Below are positions 10,087 to 19,712 of a stretch of DNA of 64,000 bases, piece by piece. The stretch is from an uncultured Chloroflexia bacterium (lineage in GTDB: Bacteria > Chloroflexota > Anaerolineae > Anaerolineales > UBA4823). The stretch's first letter is position 1. Every line of letters starts with the position of its first letter. The position numbers and the translations under genes are program-made. The notes beneath the pieces were generated by a model. That model searched no databases. It was given only the letters and a program-made list of their open reading frames with translations, and was not told where the DNA came from. The stretch spans positions 219,527 through 283,526 of the forward strand of contig CAVORW010000004.1 of the NCBI GenBank assembly GCA_963698715.1, given 5' to 3'.

Positions 10087-11561
10087 TCTCCAATTACCCT
10101 TTCTGTCACCAATCGAGAAGAGATCATGACCATTGGCATACCAATGCCAGGGTATGTGCCCTGACCAACAAAATACATCCCATCAATCTGGCTGGCTTTG
10201 TTATGTGGTCGGAAATAAGCTGACTGAAAAAATCCTTGAGAAAGAGATCCGAAAGCTGTGCCAAGAGTGGAGTTCACATCTTGCAGCCAGTCACCTGGAC
10301 GGTACTGGCGTTCCCAGACAATATGGCTGCGAATCTCCGGATCCACAATTTGCTCCAGGCGTTCCAGAAGCCTTTCCCGGAAAATTGGGGCAGACTGCTC
10401 CCAATCAATGTTTGCTGAAAGGTTGGGCACCGGCGCGAGCACATAGATGAGGCTGTGGCCAAGTGGAGCCAGCCCAGGGTCGGTTATGGTTGGGATGTTC
10501 ATGTGAAATGATGGTGCTTCTGGAAGGCGCTTGGTCTTAAAAATCGCGTCCAGGTTCGCCTTGTAATCTTCCGAAAAAACCAATGACTGGTGTTGAACAT
10601 GATCGTAGGTTTTATTCACCCCAAGATAGAGCAGATAACCTGAACAAGCATAATCCATATGATCCAGATAGCTGTCGCTGAAGCGGCCGCGGTAGGCCTC
10701 CGGGATTAGCTTGCGGTAGGTATAAGGCAGATCAGCGTTCGAAATCACGATATCAGCGGGAATATATTCGCCAGACTGCAGCATTACACCCTTAGCCTCC
10801 CCATTGTCTACACAAATTTCTGCAACGGATGCATTCGTGCGCAGCGAAATTCCCATCTCGGCACTTAAAGCAACCATATCCTCCACGATCCGGTAAATTC
10901 CTCCTCGGGGGTACCACATGCCGAGCGCCAAATCGGCGTAGGTGATCAAGCTATACATCGCCAACGCATCGAATGGGGACAGCCCCAGAAACATTGAGTG
11001 GAAGGAAAAGGCTTTGGTTAACTTATCATTATGGTTGAAGAAACGCGCAACCTGCCGGTACAAATTTTGATGGGCGTTTGTTTGCAGCAAACGCAATCCA
11101 GCCAGCGGGTTAGCGAGATCTGTCAAACGATCATAATTGCGATCGACAAAATCCATTCCCAGCTCATATTTTTTGGCACTTTCGCCAACGAAGTGAAATA
11201 ACCGCTCGGCAGAACCCGGCTCAATCCTTTCGACCTCGCGGGCTAGCTTTGCCATATTGCTGTACAAATCCAGCGTATCGCCATCGTGATAATAAATCCG
11301 ATAATTTGGGTCGAGCTGTACAAAGTCGATCCGCTTGTTGATATCCTGTCCAAAAGATTGGTAGGCTTCCTCGAAAGCGGCTTTCATCACCAAGATTGTC
11401 GGACCGATGTCGACTCGAAAGCCGGCTTCTTCGATCACATTGCTCCTACCTCCAGGCCGGGCCAGTTTTTCCAGTACAGTGACATCAAAGCCGTTATAGC
11501 GCAACCTTAATCCGGTTGCCAGCCCACCCATTCCCGCACCGATAATTACAACCTTTTTCAT
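10077..11561 (-). CDS. crtI: Phytoene desaturase
   Basis: VIIGAGMGG, GFRVDIGPT, YPRGG, YFVGQGTYPGIGMPMV. Confidence 0.9.
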   Translation of the reverse strand: MKKVVIIGAGMGGLATGLRLRYNGFDVTVLEKLARPGGRSNVIEEAGFRVDIGPTILVMKAAFEEAYQSFGQDINKRIDFVQLDPNYRIYYHDGDTLDLYSNMAKLAREVERIEPGSAERLFHFVGESAKKYELGMDFVDRNYDRLTDLANPLAGLRLLQTNAHQNLYRQVARFFNHNDKLTKAFSFHSMFLGLSPFDALAMYSLITYADLALGMWYPRGGIYRIVEDMVALSAEMGISLRTNASVAEICVDNGEAKGVMLQSGEYIPADIVISNADLPYTYRKLIPEAYRGRFSDSYLDHMDYACSGYLLYLGVNKTYDHVQHQSLVFSEDYKANLDAIFKTKRLPEAPSFHMNIPTITDPGLAPLGHSLIYVLAPVPNLSANIDWEQSAPIFRERLLERLEQIVDPEIRSHIVWERQYRPGDWLQDVNSTLGTAFGSLSQGFFQSAYFRPHNKASQIDGMYFVGQGTYPGIGMPMVMISSRLVTERVIGEWT

Positions 11562-11646
11562 TCCATACTCCTGTTACGGGTCCGAACACCACCATACCTG
11601 CGTCTACAACAGGATTCCCATAGTGCCTTAATCTCAGTTAATAAAT

Positions 11647-11699
11647 ATTATACCTTTTTATACAGGTATTGTCAATATATACTGTATAATATATGTACA
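11647..11699 (-). promoter_or_regulatory. crt operon promoter with overlapping CarH/LitR-like direct repeats
   Basis: Perfect TTGACA-17-TATAAT (11675..11647); TGTACA/TATACA/TTGACA/TGTATA hexamers at 11, 13 and 11 bp spacing. Confidence 0.7.
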
Positions 11700-11811
11700 T
11701 CTAAACTGGTACCTTTCAGGGCTGGAGAGTACAAATTCATAATTCTTGGCGGCGGAAACCACTCCGCTATAGCGGGTGGAGGAAGCCGCCATCCTTTGCT
11801 AAAATGGTTGT

Positions 11812-12222
11812 ATACCAAACGAAGCCAACCACAGCCCACACAGCGCGTATATAATCAACTATCACCTGGTCTGGATACCGCGCTATCGAAAAAGGGTTTT
11901 GGTTGGGCCTGTCGAGGCAAGGTTGAAAGAACTGTAGGCGGAAATCGCCACCCAATACGGTTTTGAGATATTGGCGGTCGAGGTGATGCCCGACCATGAA
12001 CACTTGTTTGTGAGCGCACCCCCGAAATTTTCTCCTGCTGAAATCGTCCGTCTGTTCAAGGGAATAACATCCCGCAAGTTGAAGAAAGAGTTTGAAAGCC
12101 TTCGCCGCCAGTATTGGGGCGAACAGGCAACATTGTGGGCAGAAGGCTATACCGTAGGTACTGGTGGACACGTCAGTGCGGAAACCATCAAACGGTATAT
12201 CGAAGAAAGCCAAAAGAAATAG
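11812..12222 (+). pseudogene. tnpA: Y1 (HUH) transposase TnpA, inactivated
   Basis: Frame reads HSAYIINYHLVWIPRYRKRVL...KEL*AEIA (in-frame TAG ~11935), PDHEH in place of HUH, KRYIE; no ATG (ATA at expected start). Confidence 0.85.
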
Positions 12223-12267
12223 TTTCAAGTCTTGGAACTTTAGATCATTTGTGCTACAATTATTGGC

Positions 12268-13401
12268 ATGAAGCTGATAGCTCAGGTCAAACTGCTTCCC
12301 ACGCCCGAACAAGCCGATGCGCTCAGGCACACGCTGGAACAGGCCAATGCCGCCTGTCAGTTTGTGAGCGCTACGGTATGGGAAACCAAAACCTTTCGGC
12401 AGTACGACTTGCACCACAAATGCTATCAGGCGGTGCGGGAGCAGTACGGCCTTTCGGCGCAGGTGGCGGTGCGGGCGATTGCCAAAGTCGCAGACGCATA
12501 TAAACTTGACCGCAAGACAAAACGAACCTTCAAGACAACGGGCAGAATCGCCTATGATGACCGCATCCTTGCTTGGCGATTGCAAGACCAGACCGTGTCG
12601 ATTTGGACGGTAAACGGGCGGCTTCGCATCCCGTTTGTTTGCGGTGAGAGGCGATTGGAACTGCTTCAAACGCGGCAGGGGGAAAGTGATTTGGGGCTGT
12701 ATAAAGGTATGTACTTCCTTTCCGCCACTTGCGAGGTGGACGAGCCGAAGCCCGTTGATGTTGAAGGCACATTGGGGGTTGACCTGGGCGTTACCCATAT
12801 TGCAGTAGACAGCGATGGACAGGTATACCCCGCCAGTCACATCAATAATGTGCGCCATCGTCAGCGCCGTTTGCGGGGCAAACTGCAAGCCAAAGGCACA
12901 CGGTCTGCCAAACGCAAGCTGAAACGATTGTCGGGAAAAGAACGCCGTTTTGCTAAAGACACCAACCACTGCATCAGCAAGCGACTGGTTGCCAAAGCGA
13001 AAGACACAAATCGAGCGATTGCCCTGGAAGATTTGGAGGGGATCCGGTCGAGGGTCACGGTTCGTCGCTCTCAGCGGGCAACTTTGCATAGTTGGGCGTT
13101 CTTCCAGCTTCGTGCCTTCGTGACATACAAAGCCAAACGGGTTGGCGTACCTGTGCTCCTGGTTGACCCAAGAAACACCAGCCGCACTTGTCCCGCCTGT
13201 GGTCAGGTCGATAAAGCTAATCGTCCGTCTCAATCCGAGTTCTCCTGTGTGGTTTGCGGTTTCGCTGGACTTGCTGACCACATCGCGGCGGTCAACATTG
13301 GCCGTCGGGCGGCAGTCAACCCGCCAATCGTAGCGCGTGAGGAAGCCAAAGCCGTTCTCACGGAATTGCGGCAGAGCGCAGTTACAAGCCAGCCGCTTTA
13401 G
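12268..13401 (+). CDS. tnpB: RNA-guided endonuclease TnpB
   Basis: RuvC motifs GVDLG, IALEDL, ADHIAAVNI; zinc finger CPACG..CVVCG. Confidence 0.95.
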   Translation: MKLIAQVKLLPTPEQADALRHTLEQANAACQFVSATVWETKTFRQYDLHHKCYQAVREQYGLSAQVAVRAIAKVADAYKLDRKTKRTFKTTGRIAYDDRILAWRLQDQTVSIWTVNGRLRIPFVCGERRLELLQTRQGESDLGLYKGMYFLSATCEVDEPKPVDVEGTLGVDLGVTHIAVDSDGQVYPASHINNVRHRQRRLRGKLQAKGTRSAKRKLKRLSGKERRFAKDTNHCISKRLVAKAKDTNRAIALEDLEGIRSRVTVRRSQRATLHSWAFFQLRAFVTYKAKRVGVPVLLVDPRNTSRTCPACGQVDKANRPSQSEFSCVVCGFAGLADHIAAVNIGRRAAVNPPIVAREEAKAVLTELRQSAVTSQPL

Positions 13402-13436
13402 CGGCTGGTCGTTGACTCAATCCCGGTTACAATAGC
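13280..13436 (+). ncRNA. Predicted TnpB omega/reRNA (5' boundary approximate), guide starting at 13417
   Basis: Established architecture: reRNA overlaps tnpB 3' end and right-end hairpin, guide is flanking DNA TCAATCCCGGTTACAA. Confidence 0.55.
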
Positions 13437-13553
13437 CTGACCGGCGCGCCTTCTCTCTGCATTCCAAGCATAACCAAACATTCAGGAAGGCTATCCAGGA
13501 ACGACCGTGGAAGATAAGCATGGTGATGAGTGGGGGGCCAAACTGGAGCATAT

Positions 13554-13875
13554 ATGACAGCTGACAAAAACATTGAAGCAAACGGCATCCTAATCATCTA
13601 TGGGCACCGCTATTGCTCCCAAGCTAATTTGCTGCGTGACAGCTTGGATCAGAAGCAGATTAGCTACGAATGGCGTGATATCCGCGAGGGGGACCCTGAT
13701 TTTCAAGAAGAGTTACAGAGAGCTGGCAAATGGCAATCTTTCCGTGCCCACTATCGTTCTCCCAAACGGCACGGTTATGATTGAGCCCCCCGCCAGGCGA
13801 GTGATCCAATTGTTATCACCTGCCAGAGGTTTGTTTTCCAGACTTGTTGATTTTTTCAATCCCCAGCCGGACTAA
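13554..13875 (+). pseudogene. Glutaredoxin/NrdH-mycoredoxin-like protein with a frameshift near 13715
   Basis: IIYGHRYCSQA...YEWRDI...QEEL in one frame joins RELANGNLSVPTIVLPNGTVMIEP in another. Confidence 0.7.
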
Positions 13876-13912
13876 ACCTTCTGCTCGACACAATGTCGGA
13901 CTTACCCAACGA

Positions 13913-16189
13913 TTAAGACCGGAGGGCACCCAAAGCCAGAATCGCAAGGATCATATATTCAATTCTTTCAATCGTATGAATATCCATCAAATAGGCGCAT
14001 TCTTCCAGGATTAAACCGATATACGGATCTATCCCTTCTTTTGGTGTGGCCCGAACTAGCGCAGCCAGCAGTTCAACACCAGTTTTCAAGTCATTGCGTG
14101 CCATGGCATCTGCACAGTCAGCAACCAGGTAGCCACCAAGCTCCTGTTTCTGGCGTAGAGCACCAAACTGAGATTGGAGCCCAGAAACCGCCTGAGACAG
14201 GTTGGTCCCGGCATCTACCCGGGCACCTCGCAGCAGCTGGATGAAACGAGCTTCCTCACCAAGAACGCGGGCCAGTGACAGCGATAATTCCATCTGGCTG
14301 TCCGCATCGTTACTTAACCGCAGCAATCGCAAGAGCTCCGGAACCGCTTGCTTTTCTTGCAGCCTACCCAGGGCAGAGGCATACGCAATTTGCAACCCGA
14401 TGTCGGTTTCATCAGCCAATAGATCCTTAATCTCCGTGATCGATTCAAAATCGCCCAGGGTCGCCAGCGAACGAGCTGAATGAGCCTTTACTGAACGATA
14501 GGGAGCATGCAGACCATTCCGCAGGGACTGCACTGCCCGCGGGTCTCCAATCCGGCCTAACGCCCAGGCAGCGATTACAGACAGGGCCGGATCTTTGCCT
14601 TCCAGGACTCGCGCCAGGGCTACTAGCAGGCGTTCGTCCGGTCCTCTGCGAGCAATCGATACAATCGCCTCAAATCTGACATAAAATCGGGGATCTGCCA
14701 GCGCATCCAGCAGCTCATCAACGGTGAGTGGGCTCTTGGATTGCCCCAGGCGTTCGGTGATGGACACAATTGCTGGCTCGTCCTTAGCCAGATGAAAGCG
14801 GATGAGCGACTCGACTGCCAGAAGCGGATTTCCGTGAAAGAACAGCCCGGCAAACTGGCCCACACTGATCTTTCCTTCAGCCCGAATCATCCTTATTGCC
14901 AGGGAGCTGGTTGCCAGTAGTATAAAAGCGGCAATAAACAATACCCCATAGGCATCAATCTCAATCCCAATGAAAGTCGTCTGCAATCCAGCAAAACTGT
15001 CCAGGACGCGGCCTCCCCCCAGCTGGCTGATTCCCCCAATAACGCCCATCCAGGCATTGTATTGGGCCATGTAGGCAGAGTTTTTTTCCGGACGGACAAT
15101 CCCCACGTACAGCAGGCGAGCTGAGCCAATCCCCCAGCCAAGGTTAGCCGTGCCTTGCAACCAGGCAATTGCCAGGGCCACAACCAGGCTAAGGCCGGTT
15201 TGGCGAGGCATAATCAACCACCATATCGGTAGCGTGGCAGTTAGCAACAGCCCGGATAGAGCAATCGGTTTGGCGCCGTATCGGTCAGCTGCCCAACCCC
15301 ACAGATAACTCGATAGCAAACCTCCCAGCAAGGTGCCATTTTGTAGCAGAATGACGTTGGCAGTGCTGAGACCAATTTTTTCACGCATATAGAGGGGAAT
15401 AAATGTTCCCAAGGCTCCATTGGCAAGCACGATCAAACCAGCGCCGACGAGAAACGCCACGAAACTTCGATCGCGCAGCGGCGACCACAAGTCCGAGCGC
15501 CGCTTCCGGCGATCCCCAGTGAGCGGGTGCGGCTTGCCGCCCGGCACATGCGATTGCAGCCAAACGGAAAAGAACCCAAACAGCGCTCCTGCTGCAAATA
15601 GAATAACATAGCGGTTTAAACCTAGAGCCAGGCTAACCACATAACCAGAGATTGAAACGGCTGCCAGGCCGGCCAGGCTGATGAGAATATTACTGGTGGC
15701 TGAATACTTGCCGCGAATGTCTGGAGGGATAAATTCATGCTGCCATGGCATATAAGCTGTCATCGCAGTCGATCGAAACAATGCAAACGCAACCATAATC
15801 CCAGCCACACAGATCAATACCCCCTGTGTACCATACTCACTAAAAACCCAGGGAGTCACCAGCAAGCCCGAAGCAGCCACTGTTCGGGCGCTCCAGAAAA
15901 TCTGGAAAACCCGTTTGTATCCCACCTTTGCCGCCCAGGGTGCCAGGAACAGTGCCACCAATCCTGTAAAGGGGAATAAAGAGAGCAAGAAACCAATTTG
16001 GGTTTTATTGAGGCCTAATTCATTCAGGAATAACACATAAATAGAGCCCCAAAAAGTCAGTTGGACAAAAAATTGGTTCGCAACGTCAAATGACAAACTC
16101 CAGCGAAGTCCCTGCAGTTTCTGAACAATGGTTGGCTGCAACTCAACAGAAAATTCCGCCTCAACAGGCTGGTCAACGGGCATTAGCAA
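13913..16189 (-). CDS. MFS transporter fused to C-terminal HEAT/PBS repeats
   Basis: ~12 TM helices with WGWAADRYGAK motif A; repeats VRFEAIVSIAR, IAAWALGRIGD, SARSLATLGD. Confidence 0.85.
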   Translation of the reverse strand: MLMPVDQPVEAEFSVELQPTIVQKLQGLRWSLSFDVANQFFVQLTFWGSIYVLFLNELGLNKTQIGFLLSLFPFTGLVALFLAPWAAKVGYKRVFQIFWSARTVAASGLLVTPWVFSEYGTQGVLICVAGIMVAFALFRSTAMTAYMPWQHEFIPPDIRGKYSATSNILISLAGLAAVSISGYVVSLALGLNRYVILFAAGALFGFFSVWLQSHVPGGKPHPLTGDRRKRRSDLWSPLRDRSFVAFLVGAGLIVLANGALGTFIPLYMREKIGLSTANVILLQNGTLLGGLLSSYLWGWAADRYGAKPIALSGLLLTATLPIWWLIMPRQTGLSLVVALAIAWLQGTANLGWGIGSARLLYVGIVRPEKNSAYMAQYNAWMGVIGGISQLGGGRVLDSFAGLQTTFIGIEIDAYGVLFIAAFILLATSSLAIRMIRAEGKISVGQFAGLFFHGNPLLAVESLIRFHLAKDEPAIVSITERLGQSKSPLTVDELLDALADPRFYVRFEAIVSIARRGPDERLLVALARVLEGKDPALSVIAAWALGRIGDPRAVQSLRNGLHAPYRSVKAHSARSLATLGDFESITEIKDLLADETDIGLQIAYASALGRLQEKQAVPELLRLLRLSNDADSQMELSLSLARVLGEEARFIQLLRGARVDAGTNLSQAVSGLQSQFGALRQKQELGGYLVADCADAMARNDLKTGVELLAALVRATPKEGIDPYIGLILEECAYLMDIHTIERIEYMILAILALGALRS

Positions 16190-16554
16190 AGCACCTCAAG
16201 GATAAAACTCCGATTTCCACTCAGGTCTTCGGGAGGATTGTGGGTTACCGCAAGTACAGTTGCGCGACAACATATTCTAATCCTAATGATACACCCTCTA
16301 GCCACTGATTCCAGAGTACTGCCCCAGAATCCCAGTGATATCTACTTTGGAAGCAGTTAAAAGATGCAGATTTGTTGTTCGTTATGGGCGACGATCGCCG
16401 CAATAACGAACTCATTAATAAAATATTCGACAAACTTGAGTTTACCTTCTGCTTTCGATCACCAGGGCTGCCTTGAAAATAGGGTAGATTTTCATTCCTC
16501 CGGGTGGACTATGTCCTGATCACTCTCTGGAATTCTCCGGGGTACAGGTGTAAA

Positions 16555-16596
16555 TGTGGTGCTTTTTGCGGGCTGGAGCCCGCAAAAAGCACCACA
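16555..16596. repeat. REP-like palindrome
   Basis: TGTGGTGCTTTTTGCGGGCT-GG-AGCCCGCAAAAAGCACCACA perfect inverted repeat. Confidence 0.7.
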
Positions 16597-16698
16597 AATG
16601 GCCTTCCGCCACAGGGTTTCCTAAAGACACATCACAAGTAGCTTTCATTGGAGAGGTTATAATTGACCGGTACAATCATTCTTTTCGAGGTGAATTTC

Positions 16699-17463
16699 AT
16701 GCACGAAGCGCAACTGCGCGAGCTTTTAGGTCAAGTAAGCCAGGGCAAACTCCCGATCAATGAAGCAATCGAGGCTCTCCGCAATCTTCCCTTTGAGGAT
16801 CTGGGCATCGCTCGGATCGATAACCATCGCAGCCTCCGCAATGGTTTTCCAGAAGTCATTCTATGCGAAGGCAAACGGCTGGACCACATTCTGACCATTA
16901 TGGAAGCGGCATGCGCCGGCCCAGGCCCAGTTCTGGCTACACGCGCATCGCCGGAAGTGTTCGAAGCCGTAAACCGTAAGCTGCCACTGGTTGAATATAA
17001 CGAACTGGCGCGAGCAATGGTTTTCAATCCAAATCCGATTCCAAAACGCAGCGGCAAAATCCTGGTAATTACTGCTGGCACGGCCGATATTCCGATCGCG
17101 GAAGAAGCAGCCCTGACTGCCGACATTATGGGCAATCAAGTTGACCGCTTATTCGATGTAGGTGTAGCTGGCCTGCACCGGCTGCTGGGATACATGGATC
17201 GCATTCGAAGTGCCAGCGTGCTGGTGGTCGTTGCCGGCATGGAAGGAGCATTACCCAGCGTTGTTGGCGGGCTGGTTGACAACCCGGTGATTGCTGTACC
17301 AACCAGTATTGGGTATGGCGCCAGTTTCCAGGGGCTCTCTGCTTTATTAGGTATGCTGAACAGCTGTGCAGCCGGCGTGACTGTTGTCAATATTGATAAC
17401 GGCTTCGGCGCAGGATTCGCTGCCAGCAAAATCAATCGGTTACGAGCAAAAAGTGATGAATAA
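16699..17463 (+). CDS. larB: Nickel-pincer cofactor biosynthesis protein LarB
   Basis: GFPEVILCEGK, AGTADIPIAEEA, DVGVAGLHRL, AGMEGALPS, VVNIDNGFGA. Confidence 0.93.
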   Translation: MHEAQLRELLGQVSQGKLPINEAIEALRNLPFEDLGIARIDNHRSLRNGFPEVILCEGKRLDHILTIMEAACAGPGPVLATRASPEVFEAVNRKLPLVEYNELARAMVFNPNPIPKRSGKILVITAGTADIPIAEEAALTADIMGNQVDRLFDVGVAGLHRLLGYMDRIRSASVLVVVAGMEGALPSVVGGLVDNPVIAVPTSIGYGASFQGLSALLGMLNSCAAGVTVVNIDNGFGAGFAASKINRLRAKSDE

Positions 17464-18289
17464 ATTATCCGTTGAACTACAAGAAAAATATGATAACTTA
17501 CAACATGTCTTTCGAGAGATGGGCAGCGCCCTGGTCGCCATGTCTGGGGGCGTGGACAGCGTGGTTGTAGCTAAAGTTGCCTGTGACGTATTAGGAAACC
17601 GCGCCCTGGCGGTGACCGCCGATTCGCCATCCTTGCCCCGTCGGGAGCTAGATACAACCTTGAAATTGGCTCATGATTTTAACATCTATCATCGCATCGT
17701 CCAAACCAATGAGTTCCAGGACGACCGCTATGTAGCAAACCCGGCCAATCGCTGCTACTTCTGCAAAGATGAGCTCTTCTCCCAGCTAGACAGTTTGCTG
17801 GCAGAGGAAGACATCGGCTGGGTTTGTTATGGTGAGAATCTGGACGACCGGGGTGATTACCGACCCGGAGGCATGGCCGCCCAGGAACACCGGGTGCGTG
17901 CTCCGCTGAAAGAAGCCGGCTTCGATAAAAACGATGTTCGCAGCCTGGCGCGTTATTTTGGGCTGCCGATTTGGGACAAGCCTGCCAGCGCCTGCCTGGC
18001 TTCTCGCATCCCTTACGGCCAGCAAGTGACGCCAGAAAAGCTGGCTCAGGTTGAAGAGGCGGAAAACTATCTGTCGGAACTTGGCTTTCGCCAGTTCCGG
18101 GTTCGTCATCATGGTGAGATTGCCCGCATCGAGATCGATCCCCAGCAGATGCCAAAACTGCTTGAGTGTGCCATCCCGGTGAATACCCGCTTGAAAGAGC
18201 TCGGGTTCATGTACGTTGCCATGGATCTGACCGGCTACCGGCGCGGCAGCCTGAATGAAGGCATTGTAGCCACTCTGGAGGATCTCTAG
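17456..18289 (+). CDS. larE: ATP-dependent sacrificial sulfur transferase LarE
   Basis: SGGVDS PP-loop, RCYFCK, DYRPG, ACLASRIPYG, RVRHH. Confidence 0.93.
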   Translation: MNKLSVELQEKYDNLQHVFREMGSALVAMSGGVDSVVVAKVACDVLGNRALAVTADSPSLPRRELDTTLKLAHDFNIYHRIVQTNEFQDDRYVANPANRCYFCKDELFSQLDSLLAEEDIGWVCYGENLDDRGDYRPGGMAAQEHRVRAPLKEAGFDKNDVRSLARYFGLPIWDKPASACLASRIPYGQQVTPEKLAQVEEAENYLSELGFRQFRVRHHGEIARIEIDPQQMPKLLECAIPVNTRLKELGFMYVAMDLTGYRRGSLNEGIVATLEDL

Positions 18290-18290
18290 A

Positions 18291-19652
18291 TTGAAAGTTC
18301 TTTACCTGGATTGTTTTGCCGGTATCAGCGGCGACATGGTTGTTGGCGCGCTGATCGACCTGGGGCTAGAACTGGAATTGCTCGAACAGGAACTGCGCAA
18401 GCTGGCCATCACCGGTTTCGAGCTGTTAGCTTTCCCGGTCAGCAAGAACGGAATCCGGGCAACTCAATTCCAGGTTAACCTGCTCGAAAGGGATGGCAAA
18501 CGGCTCGCTGATTCAGAGTTTGTAGAGGTTGGTCCTCAGGTAGACGACCACATCGAACCGGCTGCTGCAGAATTCCCTCCAGCAAGCCCGCACCCACATC
18601 GCCATCTAAGCGATATCTTGGCAGTGATCGCCCAGAGCAGCCTGCCAGAATCTGTCAAAGCAACCGCCACAGATATCTTCAAACGTCTCGGTGAAGCGGA
18701 AGCCACCGTTCATGGAGAGCCGCTTGAAAATGTGCATCTGCACGAGGTGGGTGGGATTGATGCAATCATAGATATTGTTGGCACTGCGATCGGGATCGAT
18801 CAGCTGGGGATTGAAGAAATCTATGCCTCGCCACTGCCGCTCGGCTCAGGTTTTGTTCGCAGCGCGCATGGGATGCTGCCGGTCCCTGCGCCTGCAACAG
18901 CCGCTCTGCTGCAGAATGTGCCAGTTTACAGCGGGCCTGGCCCGGGAGAACTGGTCACACCTACCGGCGCAGCGATCATCACAACCCTGGCAAAGCAATT
19001 CGGCCCGATGCCTCAAATGCGGTTGATGGGGATCGGTTACGGCTCAGGCACCCGCCAGCGGGATTACCCAAACGTGCTGCGCGCTTTCCTGGGCGAGGCT
19101 CACAAACACGCTGCACCCGCGGGGACCACAGCCATCCCGGGCAGGGACCCTTACCCCGAACAGCACGTCGGCGTGCCGCTGACGGCAGGCTACCATGAAA
19201 GCCCGGCAGTGCTCATTGAAGCCAATCTCGATGACATGAATCCGCAGCTATTTGATCCGCTGGTCAGCCGGCTGTTGCAGGCCGGTGCCCTGGACGCAGT
19301 CCTGATCCCAATCCAAATGAAAAAAGGACGCCCCGGCATCCTGCTGCAAGTCCTGGCTTATCCCACTTCGTTCGATGAGATGCTGGAGATAATTTTCACC
19401 GAATCCACAACGATTGGCGCCCGCAGCTATCCCGTCATCAAGCATATGCTCCAGCGCGAGAGCCTGTCAGTTGAGACTCCTTATGGACCCGTGCGAGTTA
19501 AAATTGCCCGACTTGGCGAGCGGGTTGTGAGTGTTTCCCCAGAATTCGAAGATTGCCGCCGGCTGGCGGAACAGCATCGAATCCCTGTCAAAGAGATCTA
19601 CGCCCTGGCTATGAGCGGTTACCATCTCATGCAAACATTGGCCGATGAATAG
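18291..19652 (+). CDS. larC: Nickel insertion protein LarC
   Basis: DCFAGISGDM, HLHEVGGIDAI, PVPAPAT, ELVTPTGA, EANLDD, MKKGRPG, PEFEDC. Confidence 0.93.
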   Translation: MKVLYLDCFAGISGDMVVGALIDLGLELELLEQELRKLAITGFELLAFPVSKNGIRATQFQVNLLERDGKRLADSEFVEVGPQVDDHIEPAAAEFPPASPHPHRHLSDILAVIAQSSLPESVKATATDIFKRLGEAEATVHGEPLENVHLHEVGGIDAIIDIVGTAIGIDQLGIEEIYASPLPLGSGFVRSAHGMLPVPAPATAALLQNVPVYSGPGPGELVTPTGAAIITTLAKQFGPMPQMRLMGIGYGSGTRQRDYPNVLRAFLGEAHKHAAPAGTTAIPGRDPYPEQHVGVPLTAGYHESPAVLIEANLDDMNPQLFDPLVSRLLQAGALDAVLIPIQMKKGRPGILLQVLAYPTSFDEMLEIIFTESTTIGARSYPVIKHMLQRESLSVETPYGPVRVKIARLGERVVSVSPEFEDCRRLAEQHRIPVKEIYALAMSGYHLMQTLADE

Positions 19653-19712
19653 TCCAAAGGATCTGGGCCCAACCCATATCTGCAGCCGATTTGTGGGTTG
19701 AACTCACCCCCT

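Larger units (their letters stand above)
11741..13416 (+). mobile_element. IS200/IS605-family element (tnpA + tnpB)
   Basis: Left-end hairpin 11748-11790 preceded by TTCAT; right-end hairpin CCAGCCGC-TTTA-GCGGCTGG followed by GTTGAC; no target duplication. Confidence 0.9.

Noticed and set aside
11935-11937. In-frame TAG in tnpA as recoding (pyrrolysine/readthrough)
   Set aside because: Accompanied by a lost start and a damaged HUH motif, so simple decay is more likely
11767-13281. 504-aa minus-strand ORF across the IS
   Set aside because: Antisense to tnpA/tnpB; no recognisable domain
12268-13401. TnpB as nuclease-dead TldR or Cas12 effector
   Set aside because: All RuvC acidic residues and both IS ends are present; no CRISPR array seen; no guide match noticed in the window
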